A DNA stretch of 64,000 nucleotides, from positions 11,036,001 through 11,100,000 of the forward strand of contig NC_043009.1 of assembly GCF_006345805.1 (NCBI RefSeq), given 5' to 3'. Below are positions 52,318-64,000 of the stretch, one piece after another. The notes under the pieces were generated by a model, which was not told where the DNA came from, did no database searches, and saw nothing but the letters and a program-made list of their open reading frames with translations. Origin of the DNA: Octopus sinensis. Lineage: Eukaryota. Position numbers and translations under genes: made by a program. How positions within the stretch are numbered: the stretch's first letter is position 1; the number at the start of each line of letters is the position of its first letter.

Positions 52318-53432
52318 TTAATATTTAGTAAGAACCCTATTAGGCATGTTACTGACGAATACTCTCTTGAGGAATTTCTTGTCAAGTTTCATGCAGTAAT
52401 CTCAAAAGATCTGGCTTTGAAGATGCTTTCTTGTTCTTTGTATGGAAGTGTTCTGTCCATTATGTCCCAGAGGTGTTCAATAGGGGTCCAAAACTGGTGA
52501 CTGGCTTGGCCACGGAAAATTTTTTATGACATTCTCATCCAAAAATCTTGGGTCATTTTAGTCATGTGACAAGGGCCTCCATCTTGCACACAATTAAATA
52601 GTCTTCTTTAATCATTTCACCACTGGAAAAGATTGGAAGGACCCCTTACTGCAATATGGACTCAAATTTATCTGAGTTTATGTTTTCCTCACACTCCACT
52701 AGTTCTGATAAACAATTGCTCCAAATTGCTCCCTTGACCATCTCAGAATAGCTTCCGTGTTGGCTGCAAACTTTTAACATCAATCAAATTTTTGATCACT
52801 GAGTCTCTAGACACACGTTCAACCACTGTCAGGAAATACAGCAGTTCAGGACTAATCAGAGAATATGACAGTGTCCCAAAAATGCTAGTGGCCTCTCCAC
52901 CATCTCACTGTGCAATCTTTTCTCTGCTTGATGTTGGCTAGCCGAAGAAGGGGTTTCCTCTGTGCTGCTCTGCCATAGTAACCAAGTTTGTGGAGATACC
53001 GGAAAGCAGCTCTGCGACTGACATCAACTTCTGCTATGTCAGAGGCCTCGCAACGAGAATTATCCTCCACACTTCTCTTAGCAAAGAGACGGGTTATGTC
53101 ACAGCGCCCCGGTTGATCTGCGCAAGGTGATGTGAATTTCTTCCCCTCTCTGATGAATTGCACAAACACTCTATTAATTGTAGAACGCGATGTCCCAAGG
53201 TTTTCAGCGATTTTAAGCTTACTATATCCACCAGCAGAATGACCCACAATACGGCCTCTTTGAAATTCAGACAGTTCCAAGGCTTCTTTTGTATATGGCA
53301 TGATTAAATAGACACATATAAGACCTGAAATATGAAAATGTCAATTAATAAAAAACATAAACCTTTACAAGTTAGAATAAATATTAAACGATGAATTTAG
53401 GGGTGTTTATTTACTCCTGTCATGATTGCGTA
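52318..53432 (-). mobile_element. Degraded Tc1-family (DD34E) transposon
   Basis: N-terminal HTH ELSEFQRGRIVG, KPLL, WDTVIFSD, VQDGGPCH...WPSQSP.LDPIEHLWD, terminal TKY*; only one TIR candidate (about 53401-53432). Confidence 0.9.
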
Positions 53433-53526
53433 TGTGTGTGTCTATATATATGTATGTATGCATATATATATATATATATATATATTATATTATATTAAAT
53501 TAGAGACAAAACCACTAAATTAATAT

Positions 53527-53573
<47 letters not shown>

Positions 53574-53632
53574 GTATATATATATGTATATTCTTCCCTT
53601 CACTAAATATATATATATGTATATATATGTAT

Positions 53633-53689
<57 letters not shown>

Positions 53690-53712
53690 TAATTTAGTGG
53701 TTTTGTCTTATA

Positions 53713-53795
<83 letters not shown>

Positions 53796-54261
53796 TATGA
53801 ATATATGTATGTATGTATCTATACATACATACGTACGTACATATATATAATCCTTTTCTTCTTCTTCACTCTCCCTTCCCCTCTTTTTCTTTAGCACTGG
53901 TTCCAAATACAAAAGCACACACACACACACACACACCACACATGCTCTCTCTCTCTCTATCTCTCTCACACACACACACACTTTCTCCTCATCCATCACC
54001 CTCTTGTACTGTCTTATATCCCTCCCCACCACTACACATTCAATAACACTATAAAATGGTCAAAACGTTTCACACAGGAACTTAATTCGATTTGAAAACC
54101 CCGCTAGAATGGTAGAAAGCCCTAATACATGATCTAAGTTATATGATGTATAAAAACCTGTAATATACAAATAAATATCTGTAAATATAAAACCATCCGA
54201 ATTTCTGAGTACCTCATTTCTTCTAATATAAAATACCTGCACATCATCTCCAAACCTCCCA

Positions 54262-54312
<51 letters not shown>

Positions 54313-54482
54313 TACGTATGAATGTATAGGAGCAGACATTCAAGATTCAGGAATATCTGAGGCATGTAATAATATATATAAATCCATATTACAAGACACT
54401 TGCATAAGGGTTCTGGTTCTCGGATCAAATTCCCTCACACATGCTGACGATGCGAACTTCAGAAACGCACAAATGTACATAT

Positions 54483-54518
<36 letters not shown>

Positions 54519-55102
54519 GATAGAGGGAGAGAGAGAGAGAGATAGGTAGATAGCTAGCTAGATACATAGATACACATATGCATGTATATATGTATAAGTG
54601 TACGTGTGTGTGTATGTATTTGTATGTATGTGTGTGTATACAAATATCTGAATGTGTGTGAGCAAGGTTTGTACCGTCAAACCAACCTCCGCCTATTGTA
54701 ATTCATGAATGAATAGCTACTTTACGGGCTGTAGATGTCTGAAAGCTTTTAATGTCTAATATAAAATCGTTATTTAAAATTTTCTTTGTAATAATCTATT
54801 TTATGGTTCAAATTTAAATTACATCGATAAGCATTTTTATGGATACGTCGACAAATTTTATGCGTACGCATATATATATGTGTTTGCTTGTGTGTGTGTA
54901 TGTGTACGTGTGTGATGTGCATATGTGTTGAAAGAAACACGCACTTATAGGTATTAAGACAGTGAGATAACACTCAAGAAATACTACAAGTGACAACACA
55001 TTTTATCTGCAATTACATTTCAATGAAATCTATAATATATGACATATGTGTATGGAAGTCTGTATGGTTTATGTCTATGCGCATACATATATACATACAT
55101 AC

Positions 55103-55155
<53 letters not shown>

Positions 55156-55174
55156 ATATACATATAATACATAT

Positions 55175-55206
<32 letters not shown>

Positions 55207-55255
55207 ATACATAAATATATATATATATATATATATATTATATACACACACATAT

Positions 55256-55306
<51 letters not shown>

Positions 55307-56330
55307 CATACATATACATACATACATACAGATATACACATATATGTGTATAATCATACACACACATATATATATATTAATATATATATTCATATACATG
55401 CATATATGCATATAAATATTCAAACATATGCACACACATACACGCGCACACACGCATATGCACACACAGATATATGTATATATATATACATACATATATA
55501 TATATATATACACACACATAAATATATATATATATATATGTACACACATATACATATGTATTTGAGTAGGTCTACAGGCAGACACTGAAACAGCCATCCA
55601 AACATTCACACATATATGATTATAATCATGACTATTCACTTGCATGAATATGTGTCTATATGTTAATATGTTATTTTTTTTCTGTGTCCCCGTCTCTGTG
55701 TATGAGTATTTGTATGTGAATGCGCGTATAATTTTAAGTAGATTCTTATATGCACGTATATTGTGTCATATATAGATCTACAATACTGAGTATCGACTCA
55801 TCTAAACACATATTCTCTAATATATGGCAACACCCATATCTTGCTTCGTTGCAGACATTGCTATATTAATATACACACATATACACACACATTCACAAAG
55901 CGTCTGTATGTATGTTTGTGTGAAAGTTTGCCTGTGTGTTTGTGCACGTGCTATCAATTTTTTCAGGGATGGATGAGCAGTGACCATAACTGTTTGCCAG
56001 TCTCCGAGACGGCTGATATCGACCCATGTTAAGATATTTTAGTTGAACAACTAAGAGTTAAAATTTGCTGTAAAACTATATGAGCAACGAGATGTGGAGA
56101 ATTTTACAGGTTTTTTTTTTGTTTTTTTTTGTTTTCTTTTGAAGAGTATCTACTGTGCAGAGTGATTTCCTTGTTAAATCTAGGAGTGAAGGAGCTGGGG
56201 TACCGCAATGAGGCAACCTGAGTCGTAGAGGATTACAGGGAATTAGCTGAGAAGAGCAGATAGTTATGTGTGCGTGAGTGCATGTGCGTGTGTGCGAGAC
56301 TGAGCGGGTCTCCGTAATTGTCTCTATGTA

Positions 56331-56786
56331 CTCTTTTCCTCTTACTCTTTTACTCTATTACATGTTCCAGTCATTTGACTGCGGCCATGCTGGAGCACCG
56401 CCTTTGTGGTCGAGAAAATCGCCCCCAGAGCTTATTCTTTGTAAGCCTAGTACTTATTCTATCGGGGTATTTTGCCGAACCGCTAGATTACGGGGACCTA
56501 AACACACCAGCATCGGTTGTCAAGCGATGTTGGGGTGACAAACGCAGATACACAACATATACACACACATACATACATATATATATATACATACATATAT
56601 ATATATAATATATACATATATACGGGAGGTTTCTTTCAGTTTCCATCTACCAAATCTACTCACAAGTGTTTGGTCGGCCCGAGGATATAGTAGAAGACAC
56701 TTGCCCAAGGTTCCACGCAGTGGGACTGAACCCAGAACCATATGGTTGGTAAGCAAGCCACTTGCCACACAGTCACTCCTGCGCCT
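56331..56786 (-). mobile_element. Family C SINE, full length
   Basis: Reverse complement of the 48374-48803 family. Confidence 0.9.
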
Positions 56787-57081
56787 ATGTGTATGATATG
56801 TATGTGATTTTTTATGTGTGTATATGATGGTAGCAAGTAGCGTGTTTACATATGCAGGATTACTATGTGGGATTGTGTGCCAGCACTAACCAACTTGATA
56901 TATTTTACCAACAAATGTACGTCATTGCCTGAAAATGTCCGACACCAACATCGGGAAACATTCTAGCTGACAATTCGTGTTGGGTTACTGCACCAAATGG
57001 TAAAAGCAATGCATTGGTTATACCTTTAGATAAAGTAACTCTACAGCATCAACTGACAATATCTATACCTAATATTGCATT

Positions 57082-57218
57082 GAGCTGGCAGAAACGTTAG
57101 CACGCCGAGGTCGACTTTGCCTTTCATCCTTTTGGTATCGATAAATAAAGTACCAGTTACGCACTTTGTCTTTGTTTGTCCTCTCTATGTTTAGCCCCTT
57201 GCGGGCAATAAAGAAATA
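57082..57218 (+). mobile_element. Family B SINE (tail 2) with two internal deletions
   Basis: Head joined to the core at cgccg; core joined to the tail at gcact|ttgtc. Confidence 0.8.
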
Positions 57219-57440
57219 TATAACAGAGAGAGAAGTGACATTGCACAGCCATCAGGGCGTATTCTAGCTACTACTGTAGAAGTGTGTAATCTCCTCGCAA
57301 TGGGAATATATCTTTTGTTTTCTATTTCAATGCATTTAGACGCATCAGAATAACATAGACTATATTGTTGCATCTAGCACTATGCAGCTTCGCACGGATT
57401 CTTAATGCATCGTGTTATTTTGCTAAGAAGATCGCTACTC

Positions 57441-57693
57441 TATTTCATCGAATTGACCATGAAGGTCGAACACAGATAAATGTAGCTGCGGACTGGACAG
57501 AGACATATATGTGTATGAAAACGATAAAGATGGAAAGAATTGGAGGGACACCGTCACCCGCCGCCCGCGATAAGCCTTCGAAATCACGGTTCAATTTAAA
57601 TCAATATACATCAAAATTATAATCACAAAAATTCAAAAATTACAATTACAAATTACAAAAATATATTTTTCATTAATCTTCGTCTTCCTCATC
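57441..57693. mobile_element. Second copy of the unclassified ~260-bp retroposon, opposite orientation, 16-bp TSD
   Basis: TSD AAGAAGATCGCTACTC at 57425-57440 and 57694-57709. Confidence 0.88.
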
Positions 57694-58552
57694 AAGAAGA
57701 TCGCTACTCACCACACCGCAGTCAAAATGTTCTTCCTGGGGTAAAAAAAAGAAAAACAAAGGAAATAAATAAAAAAAAACAGTGGTCTTTTGCTAAAGGA
57801 TAGGCAAATGTCAGTATGAGAGATAACTCCCCTTCCTCTTATCTAGCTATTCATTTATTTCCCAATCAAATTGCATTAACATAACATTTTGCACTTACTC
57901 TTTGAAAATTCAAAACACTTGTAACAAGAATATAAAAAGAAGATAAATATGATGGAAATATAGAGAAAAGTGGGGGAAAGATAACGAAATAAACGGAATG
58001 TGAAAATAAATAGATATTAAATTTCCAAAACAGAAATTACTGACTTTGATCTCAATATTCATTCTAACTCGGTTTACTTGCTCTGACAAACGCATACATA
58101 GTTGAGTATAAACACGCACAAAGAACAAACACTGAATGTTCTCACATGATATCGTGAGTTGAAAAACATTGATCATTTGAGATTAGCCAAGCAACGTAAA
58201 CAAAAACTCCCTCTAAGCGCGTTTTGAAAGTCTAAAAATATCAAGCTAGATAACAAGCAGTTGATCAGAATTTTGAACAATAGAGATAATACAGACAGGA
58301 GTGGATCTGCTTTTTAAAACCAGCTGGGGGAAAACAACGGGGTTGTTTAGGAAGAATTAAGTGTCTTCAGCGAAGACAATATTCTGTCTGTTTGGAAATG
58401 CAAAGACCGATCAGTACAAATGCAAACAGACAGGATGTAATTGTACAGATGATAGATATTAAAAACACGGTCGATGGATATAATTCAGGGTTATGATTTA
58501 AATAGTAAAATACAAACATACTAATGGATCTCTAAAATAATTTATATAATAA

Positions 58553-58944
58553 CTAGCAGTATCGCCCGGCGTTGCTCGGGTTTGTAAGGGAAATAACTAT
58601 ATAAGCATTTTTAGAGAGTTATAGCCAAAAATAGCAAAAAAATGCATTAAAAATGGGAAAAAATTATGATAAATTTTTTTAAATCGTCGACTCATCGTAG
58701 ACATTTTTAGAGAGTTACTTCCCTTATATAATAGCGAAAAAATGCATTAAAATGGAAAACATTATGGTAATTTTTTTTTAAATCGTAGAGTCATCGTAGA
58801 CGCGCGCTAATACCCAGAAGGGCTCGATATGAATCACGACTATAAGATAACCGGTTTTGGCTAAACTGCACCGCAAAATGTGGGAGTAGTTAGGAATCTA
58901 AATCGTAGGAGACAGACACACAACTTCACTTTTATATATAAAGA
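58553..58944 (-). mobile_element. Non-autonomous Helitron with internal ~90-bp tandem duplication
   Basis: Same termini as 5476-5868; the segment catttttagagagtta...catcgtagac occurs twice. Confidence 0.87.
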
Positions 58945-59259
58945 TTATCTGGAAAAAATTCAGACAAGGTTTTCAAGGAAATGAGTACAACAAAATTACA
59001 CTGAAATATCGTTTGCATTAGGAGAGAAACTGGAGACTAAAATAGAATTAAAAAATCCAAAACAAAAAAAAACAGATAAAGAAACAAAAACAAGGATTAT
59101 ACCGAACTGATTCGTTAAAAGAAACTTTGGAATCAGATAGATAACTCAACTTTGTGGGTATCTAGAATGCCAGTAGGGAAATACAACGACAATTTCTTAT
59201 TTCTAATTTCAGCATGAAATTCCGATCACTGTTCATGCTGAAAAACATTTAAATATGTT

Positions 59260-59532
59260 CAGATTAGACGAAGGAAATGGAGATGGGTCGGACACACACT
59301 GCGGAAAGAACCCTCAAATGTGACACGACAAGCACTTGACTGGAACCCGCAGGGGAAAAGGAAGCGAGGACGCCCGAAGAAGACATGGAAGCGGAGCATT
59401 TTGGACGAGCTCAGGAGCACCGGCCTGACATGGGAAGCAGCCAAGAAACATGCCAATGACCGCAAAAAGTGGAAAACAACTGTTGGTGTCCTAAGTTCCA
59501 CAAGGGGCAAAAAGGATTAAGAAGGAGAAGAA
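59260..59532 (+). pseudogene. 5'-truncated RTE-clade LINE 3' end
   Basis: Uninterrupted QIRRRKWRWVGHTLRK...TRQALDWNPQGKRKRGRPKKTWKR...DRKKWK...* followed by a gaaggagaagaa tail. Confidence 0.9.
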
Positions 59533-59607
59533 CCATTGTACTCCAGTGGTAACATAAAGAGTGATAAATACATAGGAAGTCCTTTAGGATTTGAGCTGAC
59601 AATGAGA

Positions 59608-59822
59608 ATTAGTATCAAATTTTGGCACAAGGCCAGCAATTTCGCGGTGGTGGGTAAGTTAATTGCAGCGATCCCAGTGCTCAAAATGTACTTCTTTTGC
59701 CAACTCCGAAAGGATGAAAGGCAAAATCGACTTCGGTGGAATTTGAACTCAGAATGTAGGGACGGATGAAATGCTGGAAAGTATATTACCCGGCATCTTA
59801 ACGATTCTGCCACTTCACTGTC
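59608..59822 (-). mobile_element. Family B SINE, tail 1
   Basis: Core and head motifs as in the other copies. Confidence 0.82.
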
Positions 59823-60187
59823 TTTCTGACAATGAATGTTAACACTACACTTCAGGAGACAATAACTCGTACTGCATACTTGAAATGAATATGACGAGGA
59901 TGCAGCGAAGCCGATTGTGAGTATCAAAAATATGAGTGACGAAAAAACATATCCCCACAGAACGTTCTATATTAGAAATACCAGTCGCGCAGGAACTCGC
60001 ACATGTAATATAGAGTGGATAGTAGATTGAAATACTGCAAACAACTGAGACTATCCAAGTAATTAATACACACATAATTATACATACGTATATTTTCATC
60101 GGCATATATACATACGTTAAATTCAAATTACGATGAACGTAAACAAACAAACGAAGTTTGCTTTAGATGCGTTGAGATGTCTTAGAA

Positions 60188-60324
60188 AGTTAAAGAAGTG
60201 ATTTTAAATTCTCAAACCCATGATAATGCTGGTAATATAGCCTGAAATAGGGGTAGCTTATCCTGTTCAGGCTATATTATTAGCATTATCCTGCGTTTGA
60301 GAATTTAAAATCACTTCTTTAACT
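60188..60324. mobile_element. 137-bp near-perfect hairpin (MITE-like)
   Basis: AGTTAAAGAAGTGATTTTAAATTCTCAAAC...GTTTGAGAATTTAAAATCACTTCTTTAACT, pairing almost to a 3-nt loop. Confidence 0.8.
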
Positions 60325-60420
60325 ATATATACATACATTTGAATTCATGAATATTTAAATATATTTTATTGTGTGTGTATGGATATAAGTATGTATACAT
60401 ACATGTACATTCATATACAG

Positions 60421-60483
<63 letters not shown>

Positions 60484-60947
60484 GAGACACTGTTAAGAAT
60501 TCTCGATCGGCATTTTTTAGACGATCCGGGTCTCTGTTTTCATGCAAGTGACAATTACAGTTCTCCTTTTTTAATAAAACATTGCAACTTGCTCTTTATA
60601 TTAATTTTCTGTACAAACGTTAACGAATCGCTTAATCACCCATTAATTAGGATGACAAAAGCATATATACAAATAGAAAAGCAAACCGAAGAAGGTCGAG
60701 ATCGAACGGGCTTACCTACGGAAATTACCGAAACTGACGTCGGGATTAAGAATTCTCGTTCGGCATTTTTCGGATGATTCAGGTCCCTGTTACTGTATAC
60801 GTTTTCATTCATGCGTGTTAACTACAGCATTAAAGCCTTCTAGCTCTTATTTCTAGCAATGTAGGTGTTTTTTAATACCCGAAGCATATTTAGTGACAAT
60901 TGTAATTCTAATTTTTGGTGAAGCATTGCAAGTTGCTGTTTATATTA

Positions 60948-60984
<37 letters not shown>

Positions 60985-61340
60985 AGGGCATAGGTCTCGC
61001 GGTCGTAGGATCACAGTTTCGATTCCCAGATCGGGCGTTGTGAATGTTTATTGAGCGAAAACACCTAAAACTCCACGATGCTCCGGCAGGGGGAGGTGGT
61101 GAACCCTGCTGTACTCTTTCACCACAATTTTCTCTCACTCTTACTTCCTGTTTCTGTTGTACCTGTATTTCAAAGCGCCAGCCTTGTTACACTCTGTGGC
61201 ACGCTGAATCTCGCCAAGAACTACGTTAAGGGCACACGTGTCTGTGGGGTGTTCAGCCACTAGCACGTTAATTTCACGAGCAGGCTGTTCCGTTGGTCGG
61301 ATCAATGGAACCCTCATCTTCGTAACCGACAGATTTCCAC
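60985..61340 (+). mobile_element. SINE family A, tail alpha
   Basis: Homologous to 41755-42139. Confidence 0.88.
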
Positions 61341-61341
61341 G

Positions 61342-61372
<31 letters not shown>

Positions 61373-61430
61373 ATTATATATATATTATTATATATTATAT
61401 ATATATATAATATATATATGTATGATATAT

Positions 61431-61473
<43 letters not shown>

Positions 61474-62468
61474 ATATATATATTATATATATATATATAT
61501 ATATAATATATATATTATATATATATATATAAAGGTAGATAGAGAGAGAGAGAGAGAGAGAGATAAGAAAGTGTGATAGACAGATAGATAGGGGCAACGT
61601 AGAAACGTCGCTCATGAATGTCGACTGTGTATCTAGGAAGAATAAAAAGCAAGGAAATATTTTGCATTCAAACTAAAATAACATAGAGACCCATAATTGT
61701 AACAAGTAATTTTTGCCTTTGCATCGTGACACTGAAGACGAGTTCTAAGGCTTTTCTAAGACTTTCAATTATTGGCCAATACTAGGTCTTACTATTGCTT
61801 CCATTCGCTATAGTGTGCGAAATAAAGATGACGAATTGTTTAGTCAGATAGATAATTTTTATCATCTGCGATTACATAAGTTCTCTATAAGTGTATCTCA
61901 AATCTAAAAATAAGAAAAAAAATAGACAATTTCAATATTATCCGTTCATCAAAATCTTGTATCCATATAATAGCAGTTTCACGTGGATTTTGTACATAAT
62001 CCAATTCATAAGAACACCGACTATTTTGAGGCATTGTTAAGCCAATTCAGCCAGGCATTTTCTATTCGGTTACAATAACTAGATGCGATCAATATGTATG
62101 TGTCTATTTATGTATGTATGTATGTATGTATGTATGTATGTATGTATGTATGTATGTATGTATGTGTGTGTGTATGTGTACGTGTGTGTGGTGTACGAAG
62201 GCTTTCGTTCACTGATGATCTAAACGAATAGGTACGCTGTGTAAGTGCTATTATAGGTAATCCGTTAGGTTCCAAATTCACAGCTGCAACTGGAGCTAAG
62301 GACCCGTAGTAGGCTTCCGAATTAGCTGGTATATATTAGAGGGCAAAGGACAACAAAAACCAAGGCAGGACGAGTATCTCAAGTCATTTAGAATATTTAA
62401 TTAAAGGTAAATTTGAGGTAATTAATTAATTAGTTAACTAGTCAATTAATCATTGCATGTCTTACAGC

Positions 62469-63085
62469 TGTTTCTGTGACATCCCATGTGATAGGCTAGC
62501 ATCTCCATACACTGGGCATTCCATCATCGGAGACAAGGTGAGTATGTATGAATGTTCTAGACAAGGAATTCACAGTTTATAAAAGATTAAAATATAGTAG
62601 ATAGAAGAATAAAGAGTAAAACAGTAAATAGAAGAATAAATCCATATATTATCGTCTCCCATGGGATATGGAGTTTGGTAGATACTTTCGTGAAGATATA
62701 GGCTCTAAATTATAATCCCAAGTAAATCAATGCTATATTTTGGCAATATTTTGAAAGTTGCATTCATGTTGAAGGAAAACGTGAACGCAACATTCAAAAT
62801 ACTGCCGAGGTTTACCTGGAATTATACTTAAGGACCTATACCTTCACGGGAGTATGGACCAATCTCCATATCCTCTGGAAGAAGATAGGCTGGGAACTTT
62901 ATTCTACAGCCTGTATTCTTCTATCTACTGTTTTGCTCTCTATCCTTCTATCTACCATTTTATTCCTTTATAAACTGTGAGTTCCTTGTCTAGAACTTTG
63001 ATACATACTCATCTTGTCTCCGATGACGGAATATCCAGTGTATGGAGATGCTAGCCTATCTATCACTTGGGATATCCCAGAAACA
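62469..63085. mobile_element. 617-bp foldback element with ~300-bp diverged arms and a ~9-nt loop
   Basis: gataggctagcatctccatacactgg, tcatcggagacaag and gttctagacaaggaa all match in reverse complement; centre near 62771-62779. Confidence 0.88.
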
Positions 63086-63134
63086 TGTTTGTTGGTATGT
63101 ACATATTAATGCATATATGTATATATGTGTGTGT

Positions 63135-63178
<44 letters not shown>

Positions 63179-63462
63179 ATGTATGTATGTATGTATATAT
63201 ATATATATATATATATCATTGAATAACAAGGGGATAGAAATTAAGTAATCAACACCATTATCTTATAAATGATTTTTTCAGTATGATGTTGCACAATCAA
63301 TCAGACGTGAGGGCGCTATTTCTTGTTGCAGAAACAGTTTATTACGTTAATCCGGTTCCTTTGTCATCAATAATAAATATTACCCTCTGTGCTCGCCTAA
63401 CGCTTTATCCTGAAGCAAATGTATATTAGTATCGCGATGCCTAACCTAAATACCAAATTCTT

Positions 63463-63463
<1 letters not shown>

Positions 63464-63551
<88 letters not shown>

Positions 63552-63573
63552 CATCTATCCATCTATCCATCCC

Positions 63574-63649
<76 letters not shown>

Positions 63650-63683
63650 CCTATCTATCTATCTATCCCTCTATCTATCTATC

Positions 63684-63729
<46 letters not shown>

Positions 63730-63745
63730 CCTATCTATCTATCTG

Positions 63746-63820
<75 letters not shown>
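63464..63820. repeat. (CTAT)n followed by (TA)n microsatellite
   Basis: Direct inspection. Confidence 0.97.
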
Positions 63821-63824
<4 letters not shown>

Positions 63825-64000
63825 GTGTGTGAGTGTGTGTGTGAAGCATAATCCGGCAAAACCCGCCAAAGGCAGGTATTTCGGCTAGTTTAGAAATGCA
63901 GAATGGAGACGATCTCGTTTTTATTTCTGACTCATTAAGAACAGCGACCTACCACTCTTATTAGATGACGTGTCAGCGAAATATATTCTTCTTTAGTGAC

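Noticed and set aside
60494-60950. Old local duplication (aagaattctcg...ttatattaatttt) as a functional repeat
   Set aside because: Two diverged copies with no structure or ORF; the ~60-bp duplication at 50971-51160 between TA tracts is similar

Overview
AT-rich eukaryotic (animal) DNA made up almost entirely of microsatellites and transposon debris, with one 100-N gap (2786-2885). The repeat families (Nin/Deu-, CORE- and Meta-like tRNA SINEs, R4/Dong, RTE, Penelope, Tc1, Helitron, MITEs) point to a coleoid cephalopod, probably Octopus; this is inference. No host gene can be called with confidence. There are two weak, phase-compatible plus-strand exon candidates (12386-12396 and 49787-50028). 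Most supplied ORFs are microsatellite or SINE artefacts. The most striking element is at 13268-15176: a hairpin-rich 353-bp unit carrying a minimal type I hammerhead ribozyme, arranged as head-to-tail multimers with an inversion 15 nt from the predicted cleavage site, the whole block duplicated between (TA)n tracts. It resembles a retrozyme or Penelope-type terminal repeat. Several other hammerhead motifs occur in Penelope-like fragments, including a G3-C8 core swap and an A6U variant. Other notable items are an unclassified ~260-bp retroposon with 16-bp TSDs and no obvious Pol III promoter, modular tail-swapping among SINEs, stacked R4/Dong 3' ends in (AAT)n arrays, and three long foldback elements. 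All family names come from motif recognition by eye; no database search was run.
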